This document shows, one piece after another, positions 30,019 through 43,520 of a DNA stretch of 64,000 nucleotides. The notes beneath the pieces were generated by a model that worked only from the letters and a program-made list of their open reading frames with translations, had not been told where the DNA came from and made no database searches. The translations under genes were made by a program, and so were the position numbers. This DNA is from an uncultured bacterium (GTDB taxonomy: Bacteria > Chloroflexota > UBA5177 > JANWHV01): contig CAWHAE010000014.1 in the NCBI GenBank assembly GCA_963827235.1, positions 320,001-384,000 of the forward strand, read 5' to 3'. Positions within the stretch are counted from its first letter, which is position 1; each line of letters starts with the position of its first letter.

Positions 30019-31887
30019 CTATACCTGATCCCATGCCTGCATCGCGGCTCGACCCAGGTCGCCGACGATGTACAGGTCACCCAGCCTGCCCGGGCGAGAC
30101 TCGATCAGGCCCCGGCTCACCAGTTCGTCTACCACGCCGGCCACACGCGCGCGATCGAAGGGCCGGCCCTCGTCTCGAAGGGCGCGCGTCACGATACGAT
30201 TGGCCGCGCCGCGCCTCATGGAGAATGGTACGCCCGCGAGCGCCTGTAGCGCCAGCACGAGGTCCGACGCCGGCCGCGGCGCCGAGTGCTCTGGGCGGCA
30301 GCGATCGCACCTGCCGCAAGGCGGCACGGAGGGCCACGAGAGCGCGACGGCGAGCGCCTGCACCCGGCAGGGTCCAGCAGTCGCAAGCAGAGCCGGCATG
30401 CTTGCCGCGCCACGAGTGGCAGCTGCGGACAGGGCGGCGACGATGCGTGACAGGTAGTGAGCAGCCCGCGGCGCCGGCTTTGACAGCTCATACAGACGCT
30501 GGCGACCGTGCGGCTGGTACTCTATCTCGCCGTCGCGGGCGTGCGCTAGCAGCGATCGCTGAAGGTACACGGGTGACTGGCGCAGCTGAGCAGCCATCTG
30601 CAGCGGTGCGAAGGCGCGAACGTCCTCCGCTCCTACTCGCAGCGCGGGCGGGAGAGCAGGCGGTGCGCCGCGCCCATCAACCGCCGTCAGTACCGCGGCA
30701 CGAGGGAACTCGTCCAGCCGGCTACAGTACCCAGCGAGCTCCAGCACTCCGAGGCACAGCCCGGTTCGACTACGGTTCGTGGAACGACGCCGGGCGAGGG
30801 CATCGCCGCTCGATGCAATCAGCGCGTAACCGCCGCGAGACAGCGATCTGAGTGCGTAGTATACCTCTCGCATCTCCGCCAATGTGGGGACATGGGTCAG
30901 GGCGCGGCCGGGCAGGGCAGCGAGGTCGCGTCCGGCGCACAACACCACGACCTCACCGACCCAGCTCGCAGCCCGGCAGATGCTCTCGGGCATCGCCGGC
31001 GGGTGCGAGAACAGGACCAGGTCCATCCCTTCCATGGCGGCCTCGGCCAGCGCCGTTTCGGTTGCGACCAGTCCGCGCAGTCGGCTCCCCACTATCGCCT
31101 CCAGAACTGTGGACCTCTCGGCGGCAGTGAGCCCGCCGTGAAGTAGGCCGCAGCTGAAACCGCGGTCGCGAAGAGCGTCCCGAAGCCGCGTCGCCGCGCC
31201 CCGTGTAGGCGCCACGACCACAATCGAGCGCCCGCGTTCTCGGCACAGTCGCCAGAGCCTGTCCAATCGCTCGCCCTCGTGCCTCACCCGCAACACGCGC
31301 AAGCGCAGCGCGGCCGGCACGACTTCCGGGTAGCGTACGCTCTTCAGCGTGGCGCCCTCCGGCAGCAGCCGTGTCGACCCCGGCGCAATGGGATCTGACA
31401 AGATCACGATCGGAGTGCCCGGCGTCTCGCGCTCGAAGCGGCGCACGATAAGCTGGGCGAATACGATCGACTCATACAACCCCGCGGAGAGGCCGGTCAG
31501 ATCGAGTGCAATCAACGTGGGTGGCAGCGAGCGCAGGGATAACACCACCTCGGGCAGCCATGCCTGCTGTGGCGAAACGGCGAGCAGCCTGAAAGTGCCC
31601 GTCTCGTACTGCGCCAGTCGCAGAGCGAACTCGGCCGGCTCGGTGGCCGGCGGCAGAATGCCGAACCGGCCCTCGGCCGTGCCCGCGCGCAGCAAGGCGG
31701 ACTTGAACTGACCGGCAAGGGTAGTTAGCACGACGACGGCGCCGGGCTGACCACCCGCGATAGCCGCCAGCAGGTCGGCACGTGCCGCCACTCCCGGCAG
31801 CTGAACGAGGCACAAGCCTCCAGAGCCGATGCTGTGCATCACACGATCGGCGAGACTGGTCGCGGTCGGTTCGCTCGCGCTTGCCAT
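30019..31887 (-). CDS. RecQ-like protein with degenerate helicase motifs
   Basis: Collinear with RecQ (LLAVSPQ, PTRGAA, LHGGL..AER, LVAT, CR...CGRCDRC, C-terminal winged helix) but GKS, DEAH and QxxGRAGR are absent. Confidence 0.7.
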   Translation of the reverse strand: MASASEPTATSLADRVMHSIGSGGLCLVQLPGVAARADLLAAIAGGQPGAVVVLTTLAGQFKSALLRAGTAEGRFGILPPATEPAEFALRLAQYETGTFRLLAVSPQQAWLPEVVLSLRSLPPTLIALDLTGLSAGLYESIVFAQLIVRRFERETPGTPIVILSDPIAPGSTRLLPEGATLKSVRYPEVVPAALRLRVLRVRHEGERLDRLWRLCRERGRSIVVVAPTRGAATRLRDALRDRGFSCGLLHGGLTAAERSTVLEAIVGSRLRGLVATETALAEAAMEGMDLVLFSHPPAMPESICRAASWVGEVVVLCAGRDLAALPGRALTHVPTLAEMREVYYALRSLSRGGYALIASSGDALARRRSTNRSRTGLCLGVLELAGYCSRLDEFPRAAVLTAVDGRGAPPALPPALRVGAEDVRAFAPLQMAAQLRQSPVYLQRSLLAHARDGEIEYQPHGRQRLYELSKPAPRAAHYLSRIVAALSAAATRGAASMPALLATAGPCRVQALAVALSWPSVPPCGRCDRCRPEHSAPRPASDLVLALQALAGVPFSMRRGAANRIVTRALRDEGRPFDRARVAGVVDELVSRGLIESRPGRLGDLYIVGDLGRAAMQAWDQV

Positions 31888-32075
31888 ACGAGCACTGTAG
31901 CGCACGGCGGGCGCAGCCGGCAGTTGAGCTACACTGCAAGCATGGGAGCCACCTCGGATAGTGTGGCTTGCGCTGTTGCCGGCGTGACTGGGATGCCGTC
32001 AGGGCGCCGGTCCATCCGTCGAGCCTCAAGCACTCGTCGATCGTGATCCGTAGCTCAAGATTTCGGAAATCGCAT

Positions 32076-33011
32076 ATGCGCGTCATAAAGATAAGTCCAA
32101 GAGGTTATTGTTACGGGGTGGTAGACGCCATGCAGCTTGCCAAACGCGTGGCTCGGGATCCCGCCGTGCCGCGCCCGATCCACGTGCTCGGCCAGATAGT
32201 GCACAACAAGCACGCGGTTGAAAGCCTCACCACGCTCGGCATAGTGTCCCTGGACGGCGCCGATCGCATGGCCCTGCTGGACCGGATTGACGAGGGCACT
32301 GTCATATTCACGGCACACGGCGTCTCGCCGGCCATAAAGGCGGCGGCCCAGGCCAAGGGACTGAACTGCATCGATGCCACCTGCCCGGACGTAACGCGGA
32401 CACACCACCTCGTCGTCGATCTGGTGTCACGCGGCTACGAGGTCATTTACGTGGGCAAGCGCGGCCATCCGGAGCCCGAGGGCGTGATCGGCGAGGCTCC
32501 GGAGCACGTCCATCTCGTGGAGACCGTGGCCGACGTCAACCTGCTGTCGCTGGACGCGCCCTTGCTGGCGGTGGCTACTCAGACGACGGTCAGCCAGTGG
32601 GATACCGCGGAAGTCATCGAGCGCATCAAGGCGCGCTATCCGCACGTGGAGGTCAACAACGACATCTGCCATGCCACGCTCGAGCGCCAGCAGGCCGCGG
32701 TCAGCCAGGTCTCCGACGCCGACCTCGTACTCGTGGTAGGCGACGAGCGCAGCAACAACTCGCGCCGCCTCGTACAGGTCGTCCAGCAGATCGCGAATAG
32801 ACCGGCGCGCCTCGTCGACTCCGTGTCGGACATCAAGCTCGAATGGCTCGACGGCGTGGAGACCGTGGCGGTCACGTCCGGTTCGTCCACGCCGACTGAG
32901 ATAACTCGTGCCGTCGTCGAATACTTGCAGAGCGTCGGTGGCCGGAGCGCAGGCGAGCCTGTCGACGCTGCCGGCGACGTGTCGAGACAGCGCGCGAGTC
33001 CGCGGGCCTAA
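32076..33011 (+). CDS. ispH: 4-hydroxy-3-methylbut-2-enyl diphosphate reductase
   Basis: PRGYCYGV, IVHN, TAHGVSP, DATCPDV, HPE, TQTT, ICHAT..RQ, SNNS. Confidence 0.97.
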   Translation: MRVIKISPRGYCYGVVDAMQLAKRVARDPAVPRPIHVLGQIVHNKHAVESLTTLGIVSLDGADRMALLDRIDEGTVIFTAHGVSPAIKAAAQAKGLNCIDATCPDVTRTHHLVVDLVSRGYEVIYVGKRGHPEPEGVIGEAPEHVHLVETVADVNLLSLDAPLLAVATQTTVSQWDTAEVIERIKARYPHVEVNNDICHATLERQQAAVSQVSDADLVLVVGDERSNNSRRLVQVVQQIANRPARLVDSVSDIKLEWLDGVETVAVTSGSSTPTEITRAVVEYLQSVGGRSAGEPVDAAGDVSRQRASPRA

Positions 33012-33099
33012 CGCCGTAGCGACCGGCGACGATCGGTGCCGCCGCAGGCGTGCCGCCCAGGATCCAACGCCGAAGATCGCGCCGCTCATGGGAACTTAG

Positions 33100-33730
33100 C
33101 AGTGCCGGCCTGAACGGCACCACGCCGGTCACGACCACCTATAGCTATGACGCCGACGGCAACCAGACGGGCAGCGTAGGGCCGACCGGCACGATCACCA
33201 ACACCTGCGGTCTGCGCAACGAGCTGGTGGGCATGCAGGGACCGGCTACCAGCGTCAGCTACGTCGTGGACGGTCAGGGGGACCGCCTGCGGGAGTACGA
33301 CACCAGCCGGCAGAACTTCCAGCTGGCCACGCTGGTGCAGGACATCCGGCCGGAGGCAGGCCTCTCCAGCCTGCTCAGCGACGGCACGAACGATTACGCC
33401 TACACCGACCTGGGCAGCGGGGCGGCGCCGGTGGGCGCCTGGGGCCTGGCCACCGGTCAGTCCAGCTACCTGACGACCGACCTGCTGGGCAGCGTGCGAC
33501 TGGTGAGCACCCAGGGCCAGCAGGTGATCGGGGCGGGCGCGTATGACGCCTGGGGCAACGCCCGGCCGAATACGACGGACCTGAACGGGCAGGTGCTGCT
33601 TGCGGGGATCCTGGGCAGCCAGCCCTTCGGCTACGCGGGGCAGTATCTGGACCCAGGTAGCGGCACCCTTGAGATGCGGGCCCGAAAGTACAGTCCGTAG
33701 CAGGGGCAGTTCGAGAGCGAGGACCCGCAG
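33100..33730 (+). pseudogene. RHS repeat-associated core remnant
   Basis: TTYSYDADGNQ, YLTTDLLGSVRLV, YDAWGN, PFGYAGQYLD...MRARKYSP* then QGQFESEDP past an in-frame TAG at 33698; no N-terminus or toxin C-terminus. Confidence 0.8.
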
Positions 33731-33875
33731 GCGTCGACCGACACTGCTCCAGTGACCATCGACCTATGCGGACGGCCTCGAGGTGACTGGGCGCCATGAA
33801 GACATATGTCATGCCCGACACGGCGTCCTACGCCCCGCCCGGCGAGACCCAGGGCACGCGAAGGCCCCGGCTCGA

Positions 33876-34349
33876 TCAACCCGATTCATCGCGTCCTTCG
33901 CGAGCGAGGGCCGCGGCCAGACCGCGAAGCGAAGGCAGCGAGACCGTGAGCAGCGCTCTCTGCTCCGCCGATAGCCCGGCCAGAGCACGGGCTACGATCT
34001 GCAGGCGGGTGCTGATTTCCACCGCCACTGCCTCGCGACCGGAGTCTGTGATGCTGACGCGAACCTGGCGCCAATCCTTGTCGTCATGCCTGCGGTCGAC
34101 CAGGCCTTTCCGGAGCAGAATGCGCACGGTCGCCGTCATGGTCGGACCGGTGACGCCGATCGCGGCCGCGAGATCCAGCATTGAACTGGGACCGCTGTCC
34201 GCCAGCCGGCGCAGCACCGCTGCCTGGCTCCTCGTGATCACCACACCGTGCGCCTCGACGTCTCGATCGGCGATATGGGCGATGGCCGCCGCGGCTTCAA
34301 GCAGAGCAGCGCCCAGTTCGTGCATATCGGAGGTACCGGTCACGTCCAC
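33876..34349 (-). CDS. MarR family transcriptional regulator
   Basis: [12 protein letters not shown]...[39 protein letters not shown]. Confidence 0.88.
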   Translation of the reverse strand: MDVTGTSDMHELGAALLEAAAAIAHIADRDVEAHGVVITRSQAAVLRRLADSGPSSMLDLAAAIGVTGPTMTATVRILLRKGLVDRRHDDKDWRQVRVSITDSGREAVAVEISTRLQIVARALAGLSAEQRALLTVSLPSLRGLAAALAREGRDESG

Positions 34350-34664
34350 GCTGATCCTCCCGGCAGATATCGGTCACGTTCTCACGGGGCTCCGTGCCCG
34401 GCACACTTCGCAATCACCAAGCAGAAGCGGCCACGCCACCGGACCATCGGGCCCTGCCCCGCTGCGTGCGGTCTGGACAGCGTCGTGGCCGGCCGTCCCG
34501 GCCCACTGCTGTCTACCACTTTGTTTTACTGGCGAATAGATTGGAAGTCAATGCACTGGGCCAGCGGTGGCGGCGTTGGTCGTATCATCAGGGAGGCGCC
34601 ATCATGCCTGACGGGCAGTACTGCCGTCGTCGGCGCGGCGAGGAGACAAGTTGACGGAGGGACA

Positions 34665-35357
34665 ATGGCAGAAGTACTCCACTATCGGCCCGAAGGCATT
34701 CGCATCGCACCCTCTATCCTCACTGCTGATCTGGGCCGGCTTGCCGAGAGCATACGCGCGGCCGAGGCCGGCGGCGCGGACTGGATCCACCTGGACGTCA
34801 TGGACGGCCGGTTCGTACCGAACATCTCCTTCGGACCTCTCATCGTGGCGGCAGTGCGTAACGCCACCAACCTTCCGCTCGACGTGCATCTCATGATCGT
34901 GGAGCCAGAGCACTTTGTCCCGGCCTTTGTCGACGCCGGAGCAACATCGATCACGGTGCAGGCCGAGGCATGTTTGCACCTGCATCGCCAACTGCACCAG
35001 ATCCGCGATCGGGGAGCGCGCGCCGGCGTGGCACTCAATCCGGCAACGCCGCTCAGTGCGGTCGAAGAGGTTACTGCGGACATGGACCTGCTCCTGGTCA
35101 TGACCGTGAACCCAGGCTTCGGCGGCCAGTCGTTCATCCCGCATAGCCTCGACAAGGTCAGGCGAGCCCGGGACATGCTCGCCCGGCTCGGGTCGGCCGC
35201 GAGTTTGCAGGTGGACGGCGGTATTGACGCCGGCAACATCGGCACCGTGGCGCATGCCGGCGCCGACGTCTTTGTCACCGGGTCATCCGTCTTCAACCAG
35301 AAGCACACGGTCGCCGAGTCGATTGCCCTCTTGAGGCAGGCACTGAAAAACGGTTGA
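34665..35357 (+). CDS. rpe: Ribulose-phosphate 3-epimerase
   Basis: [41 protein letters not shown]. Confidence 0.97.
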   Translation: MAEVLHYRPEGIRIAPSILTADLGRLAESIRAAEAGGADWIHLDVMDGRFVPNISFGPLIVAAVRNATNLPLDVHLMIVEPEHFVPAFVDAGATSITVQAEACLHLHRQLHQIRDRGARAGVALNPATPLSAVEEVTADMDLLLVMTVNPGFGGQSFIPHSLDKVRRARDMLARLGSAASLQVDGGIDAGNIGTVAHAGADVFVTGSSVFNQKHTVAESIALLRQALKNG

Positions 35358-35441
35358 CGGCAGGGGAGTCGGTCCACCACGGCGTGTCCGAAGCCCTGGT
35401 CGCCTCGGCGGAACACTCGACTGCTGGACAGATCGGTTCGA

Positions 35442-36197
35442 CTACGACCGAGCCTGCTGTTTGACTTTCAGCCTGTCTAGTATGACCTGCCTGGCCCGAA
35501 GCTCGGCCGAGTCGTCTAGGGCGCGCAAAGGCTCCTCGTGCCCGCTCCGACTCAGCGCCAGTTGGATCAGGTGGTCGGCAAAGTCCGGATTCTTGGGCAG
35601 CAGGGAGCCGTGCAGGTAGGTGCCGAACGCGTTGCCTTCCACCGCTCCTTCGTTGCCGTCCCGGCCATTGTTGCCGTTGCCGCTGACGACGCGGGCCAGC
35701 GGCGCGGACCCGGTCAGCATCGTTCGCCCGCCATGGTTCTCGAAGCCGACGAGCCAACCTGACTCCCGTCGAGCGACAACGTTGCCCACGCAGCGCTTGA
35801 CATGGCTCCCTGGATGGACCGTATGCGCCCGGAAGTGGCCCAGTCCCGGCAGCGGATCGCCGTCGGCAGGCTTGTAGTACTCGGCAAGCAGCTGGAAGCC
35901 GCCACATACGGCCAGGCAGACCAGGCCTGCACTGAGCGCCTCCTTTAGCCCATCAGCCTTAAACAGCAGGAGGTCGTCCGCCGCTATGGTCTGCTGGCGG
36001 TCTTCCCCGCCACCCATGAACGCGAGGTCGTAGTGCGTGAAGTCAGGCTGCTCTTTGAGGTCGACCTCGTCGATCCGGAGGTCGATGTCGCGCCACTCGC
36101 AACGTCGCTGCAGGCAGACCACGTTACCCTGATCGCTGTAGAGGTTCATCAGCTTGGGGTAGAGATACGCCAGCCGCATAGTGATCCGCGCGCTCAT
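35442..36197 (-). CDS. gatD: Lipid II isoglutaminyl synthase glutaminase subunit
   Basis: LYPKLMNLYSDQGN, GGGEDRQQ, AVCGGFQLL, GFENHGG, GTYLHGSLLPKNP. Confidence 0.9.
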   Translation of the reverse strand: MSARITMRLAYLYPKLMNLYSDQGNVVCLQRRCEWRDIDLRIDEVDLKEQPDFTHYDLAFMGGGEDRQQTIAADDLLLFKADGLKEALSAGLVCLAVCGGFQLLAEYYKPADGDPLPGLGHFRAHTVHPGSHVKRCVGNVVARRESGWLVGFENHGGRTMLTGSAPLARVVSGNGNNGRDGNEGAVEGNAFGTYLHGSLLPKNPDFADHLIQLALSRSGHEEPLRALDDSAELRARQVILDRLKVKQQARS

Positions 36198-37654
36198 CAG
36201 GCCCTCCGCCAGTACTGCTCGACATGGCCGGCTCGGGCGAGCTCCGAGCGCGCCGCCAGCATGGCCGTATACGTCGCCAGGATAGTCACACTCCTCTTCG
36301 CGGCCGTCATGTCGATCGCTCGCTGGACGGCCTGGCCCAGATCTCGAGAGACCACGACCGGCGCGCGAGTCTGACCGCCGTATTTCACGCGCAAGGCCAT
36401 GTCCTCGGCCCTCGTGCCTCCACATACCAGCGGCCCCGTCCACGGCAAGAGAATCTCCAGCGACGCGTCCCAGATCCAGCTCACGTCCTCTCCGTCCGCG
36501 GCATTGTCACTCAACAGCAGCACGAGAGTCGACTCGCGGTCGCCCGCTGCTACGAGGCGGAACACTTCGTCGGCGCCGGTTGGGTTCTTGATCAGGAACA
36601 ACCGGACCTCCTGGCCACTCACCATCACTCTCTCGCCGCGTCCGAACGCACCGTGCGCATCGCCCACCGCGCGCGCGGCAGTCTCAAGGGGCGTGCCCGC
36701 CGCCACCGCCGTGGCCACGGCTGCCAGCGCGTTATACACGTTGTAGCGACCGGCCAGGACCACCCGACAGGACACGCGATCGTCGAAGGCGTGAATCTCC
36801 ATGGCGCTGCCGTCCGCGTTCAGCACCGGCAGCGACGCGCAGACACCCGGCACCGGCCGGCCATAGCCGCATCCGTCACAGTGGTAGTGCCCGAGATGGG
36901 AGTATGAGATCATGGTGAACCGCAGCCCGGCGGAGCAACGCGGGCAATATATCGAATCGGCCGAAAGTGCCGGCTGCGAGCCGTTCCGGCTCTCCTCCAT
37001 CCAGCCGGACACGCCGTAAAACACTACCGGACCGGGAGCGCCTTGCGCGAGAGACGTAACCAGTGGATCGTCAGCGTTGAGAACGAGCGTCGACGTGCTG
37101 GGCAGCTTCGCCACGGCCGCTTGCCAGCGCGCCGCCGTCGTAGCGATCTCGCCGTAGCGGTCGAGCTGATCGCGAAACAGATTGGTCAGGGTGACGATCC
37201 GCGGCTTCAGCTCGTCCAGCACGGCGGGCAGCGCCGCCTCGTCCACCTCGAACAGGCCGGACAGATCCAAGGAACGTCTCAGGCGGCCGGTAGGGCTGGA
37301 CTCGCCCAGAAGAGTCGTGGCGATGCCGCGCATCATGTTGGAGCCGGCCCGGTTGTGAATTACCCGTCTGCCTCCTGCCCTCAGCGCTTCGGCAATCCAG
37401 GCAGACGTGGTGGTCTTACCGTTGGTGCCGGCCACGACGATGGCGCCGTCGCCGAGCTGCGACGCGAGCATCTGCACGGCATGGGGCTCTATACGCAGGC
37501 TGACAAGTCCCGGCAGGCTGGTAGCGCCATGGCCGAGCAGCCGGCTGACCACTGCCGCACCCCGCCCCGCCGCGAGTGCCGAAGCGAGCCGCAGCCTGCG
37601 CCCCGGCTCAAAAGGGAATCCTCTCCCGACTTCCTCGCCGCGCTTACCTCTCAC
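36197..37654 (-). CDS. murT: Lipid II isoglutaminyl synthase ligase subunit (Mur ligase + DUF1727)
   Basis: GTNGKTTT, GSNM, EVDE, NLFRDQLDRYGE, CPRC...CDGC zinc site, LIKNPTG, ADGEDVSWIWD, TYTAM. Confidence 0.92.
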   Translation of the reverse strand: MRGKRGEEVGRGFPFEPGRRLRLASALAAGRGAAVVSRLLGHGATSLPGLVSLRIEPHAVQMLASQLGDGAIVVAGTNGKTTTSAWIAEALRAGGRRVIHNRAGSNMMRGIATTLLGESSPTGRLRRSLDLSGLFEVDEAALPAVLDELKPRIVTLTNLFRDQLDRYGEIATTAARWQAAVAKLPSTSTLVLNADDPLVTSLAQGAPGPVVFYGVSGWMEESRNGSQPALSADSIYCPRCSAGLRFTMISYSHLGHYHCDGCGYGRPVPGVCASLPVLNADGSAMEIHAFDDRVSCRVVLAGRYNVYNALAAVATAVAAGTPLETAARAVGDAHGAFGRGERVMVSGQEVRLFLIKNPTGADEVFRLVAAGDRESTLVLLLSDNAADGEDVSWIWDASLEILLPWTGPLVCGGTRAEDMALRVKYGGQTRAPVVVSRDLGQAVQRAIDMTAAKRSVTILATYTAMLAARSELARAGHVEQYWRRA

Positions 37655-38131
37655 CAATTCACCTCGAAGCCGGAATGAATCCGCACCCGGCGCGCCGTGG
37701 CTCGGCGGGCTCATCGGATCGTGCCTACCCGGCCCAGTGTCGGGACGACCCGCCTTCAACGCACAGGCTGCCCAAGGTGCTCGTGGCGCCGTTGAACGTC
37801 GACACGCCGGCGCACCGCCACCACTGCAGCCGTGCAGCCGGCCGGCATGCGACAGGGATGCTCCTGTTCCACCGGCAACGGTCCATCGCTAGGTTCTGAC
37901 AGCATGGTGCCACCATCGCGCCTTCGGAGCAAGGCACAACTCGCTACCCCTGCGAGGCGTCGTGGTCCGGCCCGTGACCTGACTCGGGCCACACACGACG
38001 TGTCCCGAAAGGCGCGGAGCGTATATCATTTCGTTGTGCCGACGTGAACCGTGTGCTAGACTACCCCATGCCGTTCATGCTTCTTGCGCTCCTGTCAAGC
38101 GTGGTCGCTTGCCACTCATAAGGACGGGTTG

Positions 38132-40800
<2,669 letters not shown>

Positions 40801-40814
<14 letters not shown>

Positions 40815-41923
40815 CAGGATCCTCTCCCTGGACGAAGTTCGCGAGAAGATAGCGGCACTTCGGGCGCGCCTCGAAGGCCTCCTGGTGCGTCTTTGACGCG
40901 CCAGGAAAGCGCAGTCAGATACAGGAGCTCGAGCAGCAGGCGTCGGCCAGCACGCTGTGGGACGATCCGGCGCATGCCGCCGCCCTGATGCAGAAGCTGA
41001 CAGTACTCAAAGACAAGCTCAGCCGTTGGGACGCAATGTCGGACCATCTGGCGGAGCTGGGTGAGATGGTGGAGCTTGCCGATGGCGATCAGGGCTTCCT
41101 GAGCGAGATCGGCGGCCAGGTCGAGGAGGTTGCGGTTGACCTCGACAAGGGTGAGCTGGATCTCATGCTCGACAAACCTTACGCGGACCACAATGCCGTC
41201 GTGACGATCACCACCGGTGCGGGCGGTATCGATGCCCAGGACTGGACGGCGATGCTCACACGCATGTACCTCAGGTGGGCCGAGCGCCGTGGCTTCAAAG
41301 CGGAGCTCATCGAGAGCACCGAAGGTGAGGAGGCCGGCTTCAAGAACACGACCATCGAGGTCGACGGGCTCTATGCCTACGGATATCTGCTCTCGGAGAG
41401 GGGCAGCCATCGACTCGTCCGCCTCTCGCCGTTCGACTCGGCTCACCGGCGCCAGACGAGCTTCTCTGCCGTGGAAGTGCTGCCCGCCATCGACGAAGGT
41501 GCACCCGAGATCGTGATAGACGCCAAGGATATCCGCGAGGATCACTATCGTTCTACCGGCGCGGGAGGCCAGAATGTGAACAAGGTGTCGTCAGCCGTGC
41601 GGCTCACGCACCTGCCGACGGGCATCGTCGTCACCTGTCAGAACGAGCGCTCACAGCTACAGAACCGCCAGGTCGCGATGACTATCCTGCAGGCGAAGCT
41701 GCTGGACCTCGAGCTTCAGCGGCGGGAAGAGGAGCAGGCAAGACTGCGTGGCGAGCCGATCGCGGCGAACTTCGGCAATCGCGACCGCTCGTACGTGCTG
41801 CACCCCTACACGGCGGTCAAAGACGAGCGCACCGGCTACGAGACCACGGATGTCTACGGAGTGCTTGACGGCGATCTCGATCCATTGATGGAGGCTTTTC
41901 TCCGCGTTCAGATGCAAGTGTAG
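40801..41923 (+). CDS. prfB: Peptide chain release factor 2 (programmed +1 frameshift)
   Basis: ATG 40801 reads to CTT-TGA-C (40891-40897); the +1 frame continues DAPGKR...LWDDP; SPF and GGQ motifs. Confidence 0.97.
40884..40897 (+). promoter_or_regulatory. RF2 autoregulatory frameshift site
   Basis: GGTG-CGT-CTTTGAC: SD-like GGTG 3 nt before the canonical slippery site and stop. Confidence 0.9.
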
Positions 41924-41975
41924 TGCCGTTGTGCCCGGCTCCGCGAGGAGACCCGGGCGATAGGAACCGTGCTCC

Positions 41976-43193
41976 ATGCGTAACCAGGGTAACCGGGGCA
42001 TAGTCACTGCCGTCGCGGCGGTCCTCATTCTAGGTGTCATGGCTACCAGCTTCGCGGCAGGCGTGAGCATCGGCTCCACACACCAGGACGACAAGCAGTA
42101 TGCAATCGGCGGCCAGCCGGTGCCGGCCAACATGCGTCAGTCGTTGGATGAGCTTCTGCTCGCCTACCAGGCGCTGAACTCCGACAGCTACTGGCGGCCG
42201 TTCGACCAGAAACAGTTGCTCCAGGGCGCGATTGCAGGCCTGGTAGACGACTGTTGCCCAAGCGACCAGCACACTGTCTTTCTTCCGCCGGCAGACACCG
42301 CCTATCAGCTTCAGCAGCTCAACGACCAGCTCGTATACGGCATCGGCGCGAGCGTGAAGCAAACCAGCGGCGGCCTGCAAATCACGGCGCTAGGCTATGG
42401 ATCGCCCGCCGTAAGAGCAGGGCTGAAGCAAGGCGACGTAATAGCCGGAGTGGACGGCAAGGATATCAGGCACCTGACGTCGGACAAATCGCTGGCGCTG
42501 ATCCACGGCAAGAGCGGTACCGTAGTCAGGCTCTCCATCCAGCGCGCGCCGCGCCCGCTGCCCATTGTCGTAAGCGTCGTGCGCGGCGCCGTGCCCACGG
42601 TCATGTACTCCACAAGCGGATCGATAGGCGTGATCAGCTTCGCGGTGTTCAGCACGGACTCCGCGCAGGGCGTGCAGGGCGCGCTCCGTCTCTTGCTCAA
42701 CGTGCAGCATGTGAAGCGCCTGGTGATCGACCTTCGCAATAACCTGGGCGGGTACGTCGAACAAGCTCGCCAGATTGCCAGCGAGTTCCTGCCCAAGAAT
42801 GCGGTCATCTGGTGGGACAGGACTAATCAAGGCAACAATGTGTATCGCTCTACGGCCAACCGGGTGGTATCTCCGGGTATCGCCCAGCACGTCCCGATTG
42901 CCGTGCTGGTAAACGGTAGCACCGCCAGCGCCGCCGAGATCTTGGCCGCCGCGCTACAGGAGAACGGACGCGCGCAGGTCGTGGGCACGGAGACCTATGG
43001 CAAAGGAAGCGAGCAGGAGGAGAGACAGCTTCCCGACGGTTCGAGCCTCAGAATCACCACCACACTGTGGCTGACGCCCAAGCAGCATCAGGTGGAAGGC
43101 CAGGGCATCAAGCCGGACATCGTCGTGCAGCCGTCGAGCAGCGGGGATGCTCAGCTCCAGCGGGCCGAGCAGTACCTGCTGAAGGCCTCGTGA
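41976..43193 (+). CDS. ctpA: S41 family C-terminal processing peptidase (PDZ)
   Basis: N-terminal TM/signal; GIG..SPA..AGLK.GD PDZ; IDLRNNLGG, TASAAE, TYGKG, GIKPD. Confidence 0.9.
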   Translation: MRNQGNRGIVTAVAAVLILGVMATSFAAGVSIGSTHQDDKQYAIGGQPVPANMRQSLDELLLAYQALNSDSYWRPFDQKQLLQGAIAGLVDDCCPSDQHTVFLPPADTAYQLQQLNDQLVYGIGASVKQTSGGLQITALGYGSPAVRAGLKQGDVIAGVDGKDIRHLTSDKSLALIHGKSGTVVRLSIQRAPRPLPIVVSVVRGAVPTVMYSTSGSIGVISFAVFSTDSAQGVQGALRLLLNVQHVKRLVIDLRNNLGGYVEQARQIASEFLPKNAVIWWDRTNQGNNVYRSTANRVVSPGIAQHVPIAVLVNGSTASAAEILAAALQENGRAQVVGTETYGKGSEQEERQLPDGSSLRITTTLWLTPKQHQVEGQGIKPDIVVQPSSSGDAQLQRAEQYLLKAS

Positions 43194-43241
43194 TGAGCCG
43201 CGATCGCTCGGTCGCCGCGCGACGCGGTCGGAGCTGAGAGC

Positions 43242-43511
43242 GTGTCGCCTCAGCTCCTCCTCGTGCTAATCATTGCCTTCGTCGTCGCCAGCCTCGTCGG
43301 CCTTTCCACGCGAAAGCCCCTGTACTATCTGCCGGTGTATTGGGCCATGAGCGTCGTGGCGCTGCTGATCGGACAGGTGCTCGGACGAGCGGCCGGCGTG
43401 ACCTTGCTGTGTGTAGGCTCTGTGGAAGTGGGAGCCGGCTTGGCCTGCAACGTCGCCCTGTTCACCGGCCTGAGGGTTGCGGCCGTATGGTATAATCAGT
43501 CCCGTAGTTAG
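43242..43511 (+). CDS. Small hypothetical membrane protein (about 3 TM)
   Basis: Hydrophobic 89-aa ORF in operon context; its end contains an extended -10 TGGTATAAT (43488-43496). Confidence 0.7.
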   Translation: MSPQLLLVLIIAFVVASLVGLSTRKPLYYLPVYWAMSVVALLIGQVLGRAAGVTLLCVGSVEVGAGLACNVALFTGLRVAAVWYNQSRS

Positions 43512-43520
43512 GTCTGGAAG

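Noticed and set aside
37760-38131. SecM-like leader upstream of secA
   Set aside because: No plus-strand ORF with a signal peptide or arrest motif; the region looks like a divergent promoter shared with murT.
40891-40897. prfB frameshift as an error or a novelty
   Set aside because: This is the canonical, well-known RF2 programmed +1 frameshift.
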